64,000 nt of DNA from Zygnema circumcarinatum SAG 698-1b (taxonomy: Eukaryota; Plantae; Zygnematophyceae): NCBI GenBank assembly GCA_037447605.1, contig CM074811.1, positions 558,001-622,000 on the forward strand, read 5' to 3'. Below the pieces are notes generated by a model that was not told where the DNA came from, ran no database searches, and saw only the letters and a program-made list of their open reading frames with translations. The position numbers and the translations under genes are program-made. How positions within the stretch are numbered: position 1 is the first letter of the stretch; every line of letters starts with the position of its first letter. This document shows, in pieces, positions 14,640 to 29,000 of the stretch.

Positions 14640-15910
14640 GGAAGGGGACACGTGGCGAGCTGGCAGGCCGCTAGTGCTCGGACAGAGGCGAAGCGCCATT
14701 TCGGGGTGGGAGCTGCGAACGGGGCAGGAAGCCACTTCGCACGAGCGGAAAAAACTGAACGACATTGGCAGGGAAGTGCTCACACTGGACCCGGAAAGGG
14801 CTTCTGGAATATGTTCACACGTGCGAAGAAAAGTGAACGACATTGGCGAGAGACTGTTCACAACTGGACCAATAGGGCTTGAGACAAGTGTTCACGCGTG
14901 CGAGATGGATTTCTGGACGCTTTGGGTTCTAGGCAGCGACGGGGAAGGCGCCGGGAGCTTTCCTGGAAGGGGTGTACGGACACGTACGAAAAGCTGAGGT
15001 CATCATGTACGGAAGGAAAGTACAGTACTGTAGAATATCCACCTGGAGCCGTACTATGCGTGGCATTTTACCGTACAGATGTCACGTGACAATCTTAGAT
15101 TGGTTCTTCAACCGGTTGCAATTGTAGATCCACTGACGTTGATCCCACGAGGGAGATTTTCTCAGATCAAAAAATCGGATCAACATTGTTTATAGTTTAA
15201 TCATTTGGGTTGAATCGGCTACTCTGATTGGTCGACGACGTTTTTCCAATTCGTTGATCATTCAGGCACATGGATCGGGTCACCGAAGCTTCGTGGAAGC
15301 TGCATAGTATCTCTCCCTCCTAAAGCGCCCTCCAGTTGTCAAAAGTTGCCCTGAAAGCAAAATTTCCTGGTCTTGGAAGGCATTTGAAGGGCGGTTTTTT
15401 CTCAATAGGGCATGCGGTTGACGAGCATGTGTAATTTGTTATGTTGATGAAGATGACTTTGTTGCAGTTTTAGGGTTTGCTTTGGCGGTAGTATCTCCGG
15501 GCAGCGTCATGGGGCTGCGCCTCATCATCATGTTGGAGCGGTGACGAGCGTTGGTGCGAGGGGGGGCGGACAGTGCTCGGAGCTGCAAGAGGTGAGTCGC
15601 CTGTCTCGGGCACGCTTTTGAGGGGGGCGTGCAGACAGCAATGGGAAACGAAGAGAGGAGGTGGGAGGCAAGAGATGGAGAAGGAGAGGAAGGAGGGGAG
15701 GGAGAGGAGGGAGAGGAGGGAGAGGAGGGAGAGGGAGAGGGGGAAGGAAGTGAGAGAAAGAGGGGAAGGGGAAGGTGGGGGGGGGGGAGAGAAAAGGGGA
15801 GGGAGTGTTGGAGTTGAAGTTGGAAAGGGCTGTAATATTGCCTGTCCCTCTCTCCACACAATTCCTTTCCCTCTCCATGCCCTTCCCTTCTCCATTTCCC
15901 TTTCCCTCAG

Positions 15911-16361
15911 CTGTAATGTATTGCTAATCAAGTTGACTGGAGGGAGAGGGAGAGGGAGTGAGAGAGGGAGAGAGGAGGGAAGGGAGAGGGAAAGAAAGTA
16001 GAAGAGAGGATGGGAAGAGGAGGGAGAACGTTACTTTATTATTATTTCTTTGAGGGAGAGGAAGAGGGAGAGCAAGGGGGAGAGGGAGACTGTCATAATT
16101 TATTGCCACTCAAGTTACTTTGAGGGAGAGGGAGACGGAGAAGGAGAGGGGGGCCGGGCGGGGGGAGGGAGTGGACGAGGGAGAGCGTGGAGTAGAGAGG
16201 AGAGAGAGAGAGAGAGAGAGAGAGGAGAGTAGAGATAGCTGTAATTTATTGCCAATCAAGTTGCTTTGAGGGAGAGGGAGAGGGAGAGGGAGAGGGAGAG
16301 GGAGGGGAGAGCGTGGGGGAGAGGGAGAGAGCTGTAATTTATTGCCAATCAAGTTGCTTTG
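15911..16361. repeat. Four copies of a 30-bp AT-rich motif, CTGTAATTTATTGCCAATCAAGTTGCTTTG, separated by variable purine-rich spacers
   Basis: Exact copies at 16239-16268 and 16332-16361; diverged copies at ~15911 and ~16090-16122. Confidence 0.85.
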
Positions 16362-16760
16362 CGCGAGTGTGAAAGGGAGGAGAGGGAAATAAAGCTTGCG
16401 GCTGCATGCCAGAGTATCGGTCGTTCAGGTTACAAGGTTTTCCTAAAGTCAAGTTTTCGTGAAGCTCATGCATTTATATGTGACTTTGAAGCGCAACTCA
16501 TTTATGCGCGACGTTTCCTTCGTGTTTTTTTTTGTTTATTTTCGCCCCTTCATTTGAATAAAACATGATAAGAGCAATTCCATGTATGATCGCTTTTAAA
16601 AAAAATAAAAAAGCGATCGATGGGAGTGGAGAACCTTGCCAACGAATTTCCAAACATCTGATGCCGAAATTCCTGACGTATTTGATTCGCATTTGCAGAT
16701 TCTTTCAATCTATAAATTTTGGCGATTTGATTTTCTTTAAAATCCGTGGAATTTGCCAAG

Positions 16761-19700
16761 ATGCATGTCTATGTGGAGTGGCTTCCGCCCTCCGTTGCAG
16801 AGCAGGCAGCGGAGCTCGAACCGAAGCGTTTCCATGCGTTGGTTGAGACTGTGGGAGAGGGATGGGAGGGGGGGAAATCTGGACCAGGCCCGACTTTACG
16901 CTGGGTTTCAGTGGTGAACAGGTACGAGTACATGTTACCTTATCTTCTGCATGTACGCGGGAGGGAGGGAGGGACGATGTAGAAAGGAGGGAGAGGAGAA
17001 AGGAGGGAGGGAGGGAGGGACGATATAGAAAGGAGGGAGAGGAGAAAGGAGGGAGGGAGGGAGGGAGGGACGATAAAGAAAGGAGGGAGAGGAGAAAGGA
17101 GGGAGGGAGGGAGGGAGGGACGATATAGAAAGGAGGGAGAGGAGAAAGGAGGGAGGGAGGGAGGCCAAGAGGCTGGGGAAGGGAGGACCTTCCTTTTACA
17201 TTTTTTTTTTCTCTCATTCTCGTGCTCCGTCAATGGTGGTATATGGAGCAGTCTGGTCATCATTTGAGCGGGAGAGGACCGTGGCTATCCATCCCTTCAA
17301 TTGGACCTTTTTTGAGAGAGGAAAGGCCAGCACGAGCTATTTTCTCGGTTGTTTTTGTTAATGGAATGCAACCTGACTAACAGCTTTGGTTTATGACACC
17401 TTGTTTTGCAGTTTTTTATCAAGCAAGGCTGAGCTTGAAGTGGAAGATCTGGAGAAGATCAGTCGTCTTGCACTGGACATTGTGCTTCAATGCCGAGGGG
17501 ACATGTTTGCTCAGGTGCACATCTTTAATTTTTGAGTTCAGATCAAAGTTTTTTCCAAGTGCTGGTTTCCTTGAGCAACTTTTGAAACTTTTGTGCTCTT
17601 GCTTATAATGGTTAAGTCAATTAATTAGTCAGGCACGCTTTTAGGCACAAAACCTGTTCGAGGCAAAGGGGCAAATTACCTCACGACCACAACTTCGGCT
17701 ATGGGGAACAATAATCTTGCTCTTAGTCAAACCCTAGGGTGCGAATTTGAGCTGTATCTCAATCAACGGTTCTGACATATTATCAAAAGCACACAGATTA
17801 TGATTCCAGAAGGGAATTTAGATTGCCAGCATTATCTACAATTATCTAGTTTTGTTGGATTATTCTCTTCAGTCACCTTTTTCTTCTATTCATCTATTTA
17901 CTCCTTCACTAGTTTCTGCACATGTTCACGTCATTGCCAGTCAGAGGCTGCAAAATTCTAAACCTTTTGCATAAAACTTTGGGGCTTTTTAGTCATTTGC
18001 CCAGACGAAGACTAGTTCAGCTATCGAATAGGTATTGATATTAGCTTTTTTTCATACACTGTTCCATGTTGGAGACTTGACTCAATCCGTTTGGGAACTC
18101 AGGTGAGATGGGGCCAACTATTGACCTTTATCTTGCGGAAATATCGGCGAGTTCTTTCATTAACTGTCAACTGGCGGCCCCTCTACGAGCTTATCGTTAC
18201 TACACAGTTCATGAGGTATACTTCAAAATCTAGTCAAACAAGTTAGGGGCTTAAAAGGTACGAAGAAGTCCATTTGTGAAACGGACTATAGCTCATAAAA
18301 TGGGGCGTAAGTCATTGCATATGTTTGGAACTATTTGGTGATAGACTTTTGTTTGGACAAGCTGGAAAGATGGAGCTTTGTTTCTTACTGTTTGCTGTTT
18401 GTTTGTTTGTTTACTGTTTGTTTGTTTTGTTTACTGTTTGTTTGTTTGTTTGATGTTGTTGTACATATACTTTCAGGCAAGAGGGCTATTCTGGTGCAGC
18501 ATTGCACCAGATTCACTTGACAGCCTGTATGAGCCTTGTGAGGAGGGCAAGACGCTACTTTCCGGCGGGTTCTGCAGCTGAAATTTGGGAGGAGTTTCGG
18601 TAAGGCTTCTATCTTTTTAAGTTATTACACTAGAAAGTCCTAAAAGCGTAGGTTAGTAGTTGGATTTGCAGCCCCAAGACTTTATGAAGTATTTCTTACA
18701 TTCTTTCGTCCATGAAACCTCCCTCTCCTTTGATAAATGCAGGCCCCGCTTAGAGAATTTCGCCCATAATGATGCACTTGAAGCTTTGGGCTTCTTATCG
18801 GCCTTCTTACCAACCACAGGTCCGAGAGAGCTCAAAGGAAAACCCGATCCTACTGCAAAATGGAGGTGAGGAAACTCTAGCAACAGATTTTCTGTTGTGC
18901 ACTTCAACTAAAAACGTAATCCGGTTGTCGAGAATTGCTTTGAGGCTCTAATGTTTTATCTAATCTCTCTTCTTTCGTCGCATCCCTAATACTCAACAAT
19001 GTTTTTGATGCAAATGCAGTGAATGGGTTTCTCAGGCTATGTTTTTGTGGACCCAAATTCCCGATTGCCTCTTTTGGCAGCAGCAATGGGCCAGCATCAT
19101 CGCTCGATGTGCTAAGCATCTCCCTGCATTGTCTCTCGACTGGGAAACTCACATACCCTCTCTATTCACCCACTTCCTAAGGGCATTTGAAATTCCTGTG
19201 GGATCATCGCAAGGGAGCTCTCCTATAGAGCGGAGTGCTCCAAAGGAAGTGAGCAGAGCTTTCAATGTTCAGGCAGACTTTGCTCTCACCAGATCAGTCG
19301 CAAAAACCATCGCTTACTTGTTGAGATCATCTTCAGAGGATAGTTCAGTACTGCTCCGTGCGGAGGCTCTTATCGAATTTTTGGAACAATATTACCATCC
19401 TTCAAACGGAGGTTCATGGACTAGTGGTTTGGAACGATTCTTACGCCACCTTGCAACTTCCTTCCTGAAACGTTTAGCTTACGAAAAGCAGTAAGTGCTG
19501 TGGGTCACTCAATCCGGGACTTCTTGTCCTTGATATAATCTTCTACGTTACTATGTTATTCTTTCTGTACATTCTAACCAGGAAATAGCTTGCATTCACT
19601 ACGTTGGTTTTCGTTTTATTACGATAAGATGTACTTTGTTTTGGCCTGCTTCAGGGGAGTCCGATCAGTGGCAACCGGTTATCCAGCCCCCCTTGGCTCC

Positions 19701-20031
19701 ATTGAGAGAATTCGAATTGTTCAAGCTCTCCTGCGATTGGTCGAGCGTGCACAATACAGCAAGAATGACAATTTGGCCAGTACAGCTGCCAGCGTGGCAG
19801 GAGGGTTGGCCTATGTGGACCCAAATGCTGTTCTCCCGCTCGTCATAGAACGCTTCAGACAGGCCCTCGATACGGTACGGGGAAGATATTTATGTGCTAG
19901 TTTAAGAGAGGATTGTTCTCTAAATGATGTCGGAATGAATGGAATTTGGGTTGTTGTCCGTGGAACTGTTGTGAATGCAAGAACATTGTGTGGCTGGAGA
20001 GGCGATGGGAGAGAAGCGCTTTTTTTGGAGG

Positions 20032-20067
<36 letters not shown>

Positions 20068-23000
20068 GAGAGAGAGAGAGAGAGAGTGGTGGGGGGGAGG
20101 AGGAGGTCGGGAGGTTCAAGTTTGGTTGGTTGATGCCTTATTTTTGGAGTCGTTTGTTTTGAGGGGGTCAATGGATAACATGAGGGGATTACTATTGGAC
20201 TAAGCAGAGTTTTTGCTGGGTTTTGTTGTGCATCTAAAGCATCACTATATCCTATACCACATGTATTCTAATATGCACATCTGCTATTGATGTATCTTTT
20301 TTTTTACCTATTTTGCAGGTAACAGCAACTCACCAATTGGAGGCAGCTCTGGCAACTTTGGCTCTCTGTGTTCGACCCCTCCTTCTAGCGGCGAATCCGT
20401 TGGAAAGCTTAACTGTGGACATGGATACGACTATGGATGGAGGGGATGGGGTAGGCCCTTCTTTTGCCATTTTTCCTTAACCTGATCTTTAGATCCGTTG
20501 CTCACTATTGCCGGATCGACAGTGAATTCCGCATTCTTTAAGTCGTATGAAAGTAGGCAAGGCAAAAAACAAAGTTGGCAAACAGCTCAAATCGTGCTTC
20601 TTCTGCTACATGCATATCAAGATGTCTCTTGTTTAAGTGTCATTTGAAGTCAAATTTGCATGCATATGAGTGTGATTTTGCAACCATTTGTTGGACAGGT
20701 TTCTCCGTCGCATGAACTGGTAATTGCGGGAAGGGAGATTATCGCTGAGGCCCTGCAAGCTTCTCTCCCAGGCATTGATGCAAATGATCCACCCAAAACA
20801 ATCGCTACATTGCAGTTTTACTTCACCGTTTTGTCAAGTGTGAGTGTGTTTCTCAGCAGCCCCTAAACCCTTCATGCAATGATATCATCGTTCAAGCCTT
20901 GGATCAGATGTTTTGTCTGTTGGGGTTTTCCATTTTGATGTAGTAGTTGGGTGTTGTTCAAATGATGCAGGTAGGAATGATGGGCAACGTGGAGGATGGA
21001 GGGAGTGGAACTCTCCCTCTGGATTGGTCAATATGGGTGGATGATCTGTTGTCTCGCATCTTCACTCTTCTCACACACTTAGAACCGCCGGACAATTCAT
21101 CTTCGTCGTCGTAAGTATGGTCTACTCTACGGCCGGACACTCCTCCTCCACCCCCCTCCCTCTCTCTCCTCTCCCCCTCCTCGCCCTACCTTTCATCTCC
21201 ATTCACCCTTCTCCGACTCCCCATTTTGCCTCCCTCTGCTTTCCTCTTCCCGTCTCCCTTGAATGGAAGGTGGATTAGTTGTTTTCATAGCACAAGTGAA
21301 ATGTGTTCACGAAATCTGCGTAAGGAGTGAAGTGATGATGGGGGGAGGGGGGCAATCTTTTTTGTGGAATATCCATGCAACCAGATCCTTCCTTCTAAAC
21401 GATACATCAGGAGGCAGTTTCCGAGCGTTGATAGAGCTTTTGTTTGCCCATTTAACCATGCCCTTATTTGATCAGGTATTTCCCTTTCTGTCAAAAGTTT
21501 CCAACGCACCTTTTCTACTGTTTCTGTCACAAAAACACGGTACTTTTGGTTCTCATTTGCAAGAAAAGCTTCAGTTTTTTGCCCTTGTTGTGTAATGCAT
21601 GGCTTTTTCCAATGATATTTCTTACAATTAACTGATGCTTTTGTTCTTTTTGCTGTCAGGTGCTTCTTAAGCTTTCTGCATTTATTCAGAATAATGTGCT
21701 TCCAGGAGCTGCAACGGAACTGGGTGTTCTATGCTCAGCCGCAATATATGCACATCCTCATGTGGCAGTTCCACGTCTACTTGTGCCCATTGCTGAACTC
21801 ACTCTCTCCCTCCTTTCCGGCTCTCCCTCCACCGGCTTCAGTTCTCTGGGAGATGCATCAGGACTGCAAGCGGCAGGGAAGGTAATGATGTTGGGCTTCA
21901 TTTCTCCAATATAATGAGCTTAATATGTCTTTTTTACGTTTGTGTTTACATGAAACAATTTTCTTTTGGTTTCTAGTTGGGTCACGCAGAATTCAACCAG
22001 CCTTGCTGTGAACTTTGTCGCTCTAATCGTTTTGTAGAAACTGATCGATCCTGTATTGATAAGAGTGATTTTACACCTGAAAGTGCTAAAATAGAACTCT
22101 TTTCTTCCCTTTTTTTGGGGGTGGTGTGTGGGTTTTGCATTACAGGCTACACTTTCCGCTGCATTGGAACTTTCTGTCACCTCAATGTACACTATTCTTG
22201 CGGGAATCATGTGGTTGGGAGGTTCAGCTTATGTACCATATCGGGGTCTCATATTGAAACTCGCTGCTGCTGCATTAGATGCCCCGTCTAGCAAGGTATG
22301 GACCTGCTCTACGGCGATATGTACAGGCAAGAGCTATGATAAAGATAGTGATAAAGATATTCTGATAAAGGTTCTGAGCCAAACCGAACTTCATGAACAG
22401 GTGGGGTTGTTCATGGAAGTCTCACAAGTGCTTAATGGTGGTGAATTCAGTGGGAAGAGTCAAACTTCTTGAAGAAAAGAATCTTTGGTTAGTGGTACAC
22501 ACTGCGGGAAATGAAATCCTTTTAAGAATCTGTCCTTCTTTCTGAAGAATGTAAGGGAGGAGGGCGGCAGGTGAATGAAGAAGGAGGCCGCATGCTCATT
22601 CACTTGCTTCAGAGTCTGCTCATTTTTTACCCACTTGATGAGTACAGGTGCGACTCCCATACCTTATTCTGCTCATTTGAAAAGAATTCTTTTGGAAAAT
22701 GCATTCTGCTAGTTATATATGTCTAAGTCATGCAGAAGTCTAAAATTCTATTCTCTTTTGCCCTTTCCCATGTTTTTTGTCCACAACATGTTCATTCCTT
22801 GGACTCATGCTATCTTCCGCCAAACTAAGTTGACATTAGGGCATATCAGACTTAAAAATAAAAAGCGTAAGTAGTACTGAAGAAAAAAACTTCCGTAAAT
22901 CTGATACCCAAACGAGTACTCTAAGGGCATCGCAATCCGCCTGCACAAGAGTACTCCGTATAAACAATCTTTAGCACTACTGAAGAAAAACCTTCCGTTC

Positions 23001-26000
23001 GACTTCTGCAAGTCTGACATCTCTTACTCTTGATGAAGCTTAAACTGGGAGGAGGGTTCAGAGCCGTCCCTGAAGTGGCCGGAGTTCCCGGAGTGGAGAG
23101 ATGGGTGAGCACCCGGGGTTCAGGGCGGCCCGAAAGGGAACTAAAACCCAATTGGCACACATCCAGCAAGGAAGAACTCGCCTTCGCTTCGCAGATTTTG
23201 GACTTACATTTTCAAGGAGCGATCGCAGACTTAAGGACACTCTGTCGGTTGGAGACAGGGCAGGCTGCATCCAAGAGTATGTGCTTCTCTTGGGGAAGGG
23301 AGGGAGGGAGGGAGGGAGGGAGAGAGGGAGGGAGAGGGAGAATCTGGTTAAGTTAGTCATGCATCAGGTATCTGGAAAGGACTTTTTCCGGTTGCATGAT
23401 GTGATAGTTTCATGTCGTTTTTTTCATGTGACAGATGTACGAGATGCATGGCGAGTAGTGCTGCTCCGAATGGATGCATGCGTTCGAGGGTGCCGATCAT
23501 GCCTGCCGGATTTTGAAGCCATGGATGGACCCATGAAAGGGGATGGAATGGGTCCTTTGGAAGTGGTGGGAGCTGCGGGGGCTGCAATTGGGTCTGCCTC
23601 TTTGCGGGAAGAGGCGGCTCAAGCTTTGGATGAAGCTTGCCAGTGAGTGCTAGGCCTCCCTTTGGCTAATCTTTTGTGGGAATGAAAGTGTTTAGAAGGA
23701 TAATATGGATTATATAACATACACAAACAAAGGTTTCTGCAAGGGCTGTGTTATATGGAGGGCAGCCTGCATAGTACAGGAGACCAAACACGAGCAGCTT
23801 TTCAAATTGTTTGGAGTCCTTTTTTACCTGGGTTTCACATAGTCATAATTAGACTCCCTTNNNNNNNNNNCCCCCCCCCCCCCCCCCCCCCCCCAAACAA
23901 ATGAAATCCCACCCACTCTTCTCCCTCTCCATGCTTAGAAGTAGTAACAAGGAATGCGAATGTTGCAGGTTTTTCCTGAAAAACCGAGGGGATGACACAT
24001 CTAATATCGTTCGCTTGACACATTTGATTGATAACGTTGTCAACTATGGTATGTCCTCAAACGGCTTTATAGTTCTAGTGGTTTGCAGATGTTCTTGCTG
24101 TCAAACCGTTTCCTTTGTTCTGGGACTCGAAAGGAATGTGTCAAAAGTTTGTACCCCTTTCAGTCGTTGATGTATATAGTGTTCACAGTGCATTCCACGG
24201 GTCAAAACTCGGTCAAGGTCTTCTCATCTTATACTCCAGGAATGTTAGTAAGAGATGCTTCCTTCGCTTACATACATGTGTTTCTTACAACTATGCAACA
24301 GAAAAGGCTATGGTAGAGTATGGTATGATGGTTCTATAACTCAAGTTTTTGTTGGTGCAGGCTCTATGGAGTACCGTGATTGGTCGCAAGGGAAAGCGAG
24401 CTTGCAAGCAGATGAGAACATTTTAACGGAGCCTCGCGCAAGCATGCTTCCTGCACCCGATGCGTTGGGCCGTCGAAGGCGAGTTTAATAAGAAGAAGAA
24501 TGGACAATATCAGAAATAATGAATGATGTAGAAATGAAATGATGTGGAGATTGTGGAGATGGGCCTTAGGGTCTCCATTGAAGTTGGTGATACAACATGT
24601 CTAGCACTCCTTCGTCAATCATCAATTGAAAGTTATCTCACGAAGAAACATCTGCTTTAACGAACAGATGGAACTGAACTGATGCGATTTCATCCCATGC
24701 TGTGGTGGTGGTCTCCTTCTATTCATCCAAATCACAGTTTCCAAGGATGTCTTTTGCCAGTCTGATGCAAACCCACTACTTCAAACTTAGATTGAACTTA
24801 GTGTCTCTCTCTCCCTCCCTCCCTCTCTCCCTCTCTCTCTCTCTCTCCCTTTCTCTCTCTCTCTCTCCCTCCTTTACTCATGTGCAGGGCTCGATGGATT
24901 TTTGTGGAGCGTGCCTATAGTCTGTGTTTGTGGCGTGCATCACAGGCGGGCTATCGTACGGACTACGCGGAGGGCCCCCGCCCGGCCCCTCCCTCGGCCG
25001 TACGGATGCTCCTTAAGGACCTGCTGCAGCTCGCGGTCAACAAGTACAGAGCAGTTAGTTCGTATGTTTTCAAAACCTTTCTGCTCGATGGGCCTCAAAT
25101 TTTGCGTATTTCGCATGTGAATTCGTTCGGAAGAGGACGATACGGAAATGTGAAAAATGTGGACCGTTTTGATATTTCCATTAATCTCCCCATTTGACTG
25201 ACACTGTGTATCTGACGCTGAATGGAAATGCCATTGTGTGATTGTGACATGCTTTTTTTGGTTCATTCTCGCATTACGGACGTGCTTGTCTTACAATTTC
25301 TCAATACTGATGATTCCTGCATCCCTTACGGTTTCTGCATTGCGAATGTTCAAATTTCCCGGTGAACCTCCAACCCAAGTGGAGGTGTACCGAAGCAATT
25401 GTTTTTTTTCGTTTAATCTGTCCTTATAAGTGATCTAATTTTAAGGAATTATCTTGGGTTGGCCCTCCTGCAGTGCGGCCCGTTCCCCATTAGAGCATGT
25501 GTTGAAGAGATATCCCCAACTGGTCGATGTGTGTCTCCCTCTCCTCACCCGCTCTCTCTCTACCTCTGAGGAGGGGGATGAAGCTGCTATTGGAGCCTGC
25601 TCCGTATTCACAAGCCGACCTCTCATGCGTCGTCTCACTCAGGTCTTATTCAAACAACTTCGAGCTTTAAAGAACTTACGTGTGAAAGGAAAGGAAGGTT
25701 CAAGGAAAGTTCACTCGTTTATGCTTTGCGCCAAGCTTTGTAGTATTGAACGTTGAGAGATGCTGGCTTGTATATATATATACCTATAACGTATAGCTGA
25801 ACCGTGAGGTTATTTTTATGGTAAGTTTCGAATGATATAGTATGGTAGTATCGAATCTTTGAAGTGAGCAAAACGCTGTGATATGGGTTTCAGGATTGGA
25901 GTGCGATGCGGGACTTTGTTTTCGCTGTACTCCGCAGGTGGGTTTCGCTTAACCTCTCTTCCCTTCACTTTACTTTACTGCTTAAAAAAAAAGATGAAAA

Positions 26001-29000
26001 TTCTTGGATAAGTTTATGACTATGCAAGAGATTACGACTTTTCACATTCTGAAACTGCATTTCAACGTCAGATAGTAACCAGGTGCGTTCAAATGATCTC
26101 CTTCTAAGCCGAAGTCTTGTCTGAGGTTGGGACTCAATGAGCGCATATCAAGTCGAAAATTTCTCCAGAGAAATTTGTGTCTGCTATACATGTTTAATTT
26201 CGTGAATGGGTGTTTGTTGGAGGGTGCAGTTCCCATCATGAATCCGCCAAAGCGCAGGCAGCCATCAGTGAGGTGGGAAATCTTCTCCTCTAAAGAAGCT
26301 TTAGTGGGATTGGGCCGAACTTTACGTAAGGGAAACTTTACGTTAGACATCTACTGGGGGGCGGACGATGAAGCAGAAACCATAATTTATAATCAATCTC
26401 TTGTCTCTGCATCTCTCCTCCTAGAAAACCACATTATCATGTCGAACCTGTGCTGGTTGTAATAAAATGTCTGATTTTTTGTTATAGGGCAAATTCGTGA
26501 GACATTTCTTTGGTTTCAAGCAGGCATAAAAAATGTGTGTATGTATGAGTAAGAAGACATGTTTATGTATGTATGTATGTATGTTTGTCTGTATGTTTAG
26601 GGTGATGTATCCGTCCAACATGATTGACTCTTTTGTGGGTTCACAACAGACTGTGCTTTTCTATGCACTGCGATTTGCTGGAGTTCCCCCGCGCTTGAGG
26701 AAAGGAGGGTCGGAAGAGGGGGGGTACGATGGGGTAATAGCACAGCTTCAGGCTATGGTGGCAGCATCCGATTCGGTCCTCCATTGGAGGTATGTGCTGG
26801 TAGCGGAAGGGCCTGAAGTTATGGAGAGTCTGAAGCAATTGTGAATGAGGATGGGGAGGAGTTTGAAGCACATTCTTTGGTTCATCCCTGATGCAGATAC
26901 ACCCTCATGGCAAATGCTTTTCTGCTTCTTCTTGTGCCGAAGGAGGAAGCGATAAAGAGTCATCAGCTGGCAGGAAGTGCTCTTGAAACTCCCCTGGGTA
27001 TGTTTTTTTGCAAACAAAATGGCTCTTTGTGGAAATGCGAAACAAATGTAGCATGTCAGATGGGTTCATACCCTGAAAACGAAATTAACAGAGGAGGACA
27101 TGTATGACCCTCTTTTGGAAGAAATTCAGCATCTGATGCATGAATCTCCAGTTTTTATGTTCGCATTTGATGCATGATGGGAAACCCATCTTAATTAAAC
27201 TCGTCCGACTAATGATCCATTCAAATGGTGGAGGGTTGGTTGCTTGAAAACAGAACATTTTGTACGGACACTTGGAAGCACATTGCCCCCTCTTCGAGCA
27301 TTAGCAGCTGTTTCTCTCCTCATCCTCCTCCCAGACCTGCGAGAGGGCTCCTTTAACACTCACACAGACCCATATTCCTCAGATGGCCCTATCCTTTCAG
27401 TTCCCACATCTCCACAACTGTCGGAAAATTCTGTTCAACACACACTTGCATCTATAGTGGGCTCCGAAGACTTTGCTCAGACCCTGCTACAAAATGCAGC
27501 AGTAGATCATCATATCCCCGATATGGTAGGAGGTAGAAATCGCGGGTCAAGGGCAGGCCCTGATGCAGGTCTGCTCTCAACTTTAGTCTCCAAATGGGGG
27601 GGGGCTGATGGCTCACCTCCTTTAGTCAGAATTCTTTCCTCTGCTTCTCTCCCCAGAGAATGGCCTTTAAGCAAGCAGTGGGATAAAAGGACAAGTGGGA
27701 ACATGTTTTCCTCATCCTCAGCCGCTCTATGTGAGAGACTCATGTATGCTTCAGGCGGAGTTTTGCTAACCTCCTTCAGGAAGGTTTTAGAAGGACCTAT
27801 GCAGATGATAGGAGATAGAAGCCTGCAATGCAGTGCGGCGGAAATAGCGGCCGGATTGTTACGTTCAGAGGGGAACATAGCAGATGAGAGTTGGAAGGAT
27901 TGGCTTGGACCCTTACTGAAACAGGCTCTGTTAAACTGCACGGTGGAATCTACAACGGAATGGGCAGCATGTGTCAGGTTTGCAGCTACTGGGAGAGGGA
28001 GGAGAGGGAGACTCCCTCCCTATTTGCGACCTAAGCTTTTGGGGCTTTTGGCTGAACCCCTGCCTGAAGCTGCTGCTTCAGGTCAGCTGGCAAAACGGCT
28101 GCAGTTTCTGGGGGCTGCCATTGGAGAGCTGAATGCAAGCTGGGGGGGAGAGGGAGAGATAGGACTGGTGGAGACCATTTTTGAAGAACTGAAGGGAAGC
28201 ATGAGCCATGCAGCGAGACAGGTGGGTGAGATAAGGGCAAGGGAATAGGTTTTGAATTTGGGTATTTTTTGTAGAAGTTTTTATCCGAAAATGGGAGCTA
28301 AATGTAATGCGGAGGGTGGATTTCTTTCTGTTTCGTTGATCTCTCTCTCTCTATCTCTCTCTCTGCCTTTGGAATGGTCCATGTTATCACTTATTTTGGT
28401 GAGTCCTGGCCGGACTATGCAAGTCTGTAATATGGCCCAGCTGCCGGTTACTTACAAATCGTGCCCAATTTCTAATAAATATGTGCAGGTACGAGAGGAA
28501 GTGGGATCACTGCTTTCCATGATCTGCAGTGCTCAGATGAATATCGCCACAAATTCTCCGTCTGCAGAAACTGCTTTGGAAAATCTTAAAGAAAGGTGCA
28601 GAGATTTTTGTCGAGAAATTCCGGCCCTCGCTATGACAGCGGCTGCTACAATTCAGGGGAGTGAGAAATTGCCTAAGGGACCTTTACCCTCAGATGCTGA
28701 AACCTTTTCTTTGCCGATGGAGACGAGCAGCTCTGCAGAAGCCATCCGTTGGACTGAAACTGTGAGTGGTTTTCAAGGGCTGGGAGTTAAGAGTGGTGAG
28801 ATGTGGTGGTAGACGAGAGGGAGAGGATGGCAAGTTTCAAGCACCATTGTGGGGAAGGCGAAGGGGGAGGAGCAGAAGAGGGACGAAGGAAGAGGGATAC
28901 TGAGGAGATGAAGGGTGAGAGGGAGAGGAATGAGGAAGGAGAGAGAGGAGGGCGTAAGAGGAGAGGGAAATATCTTTAGACCTTCATAGGCTTGTTGTGA

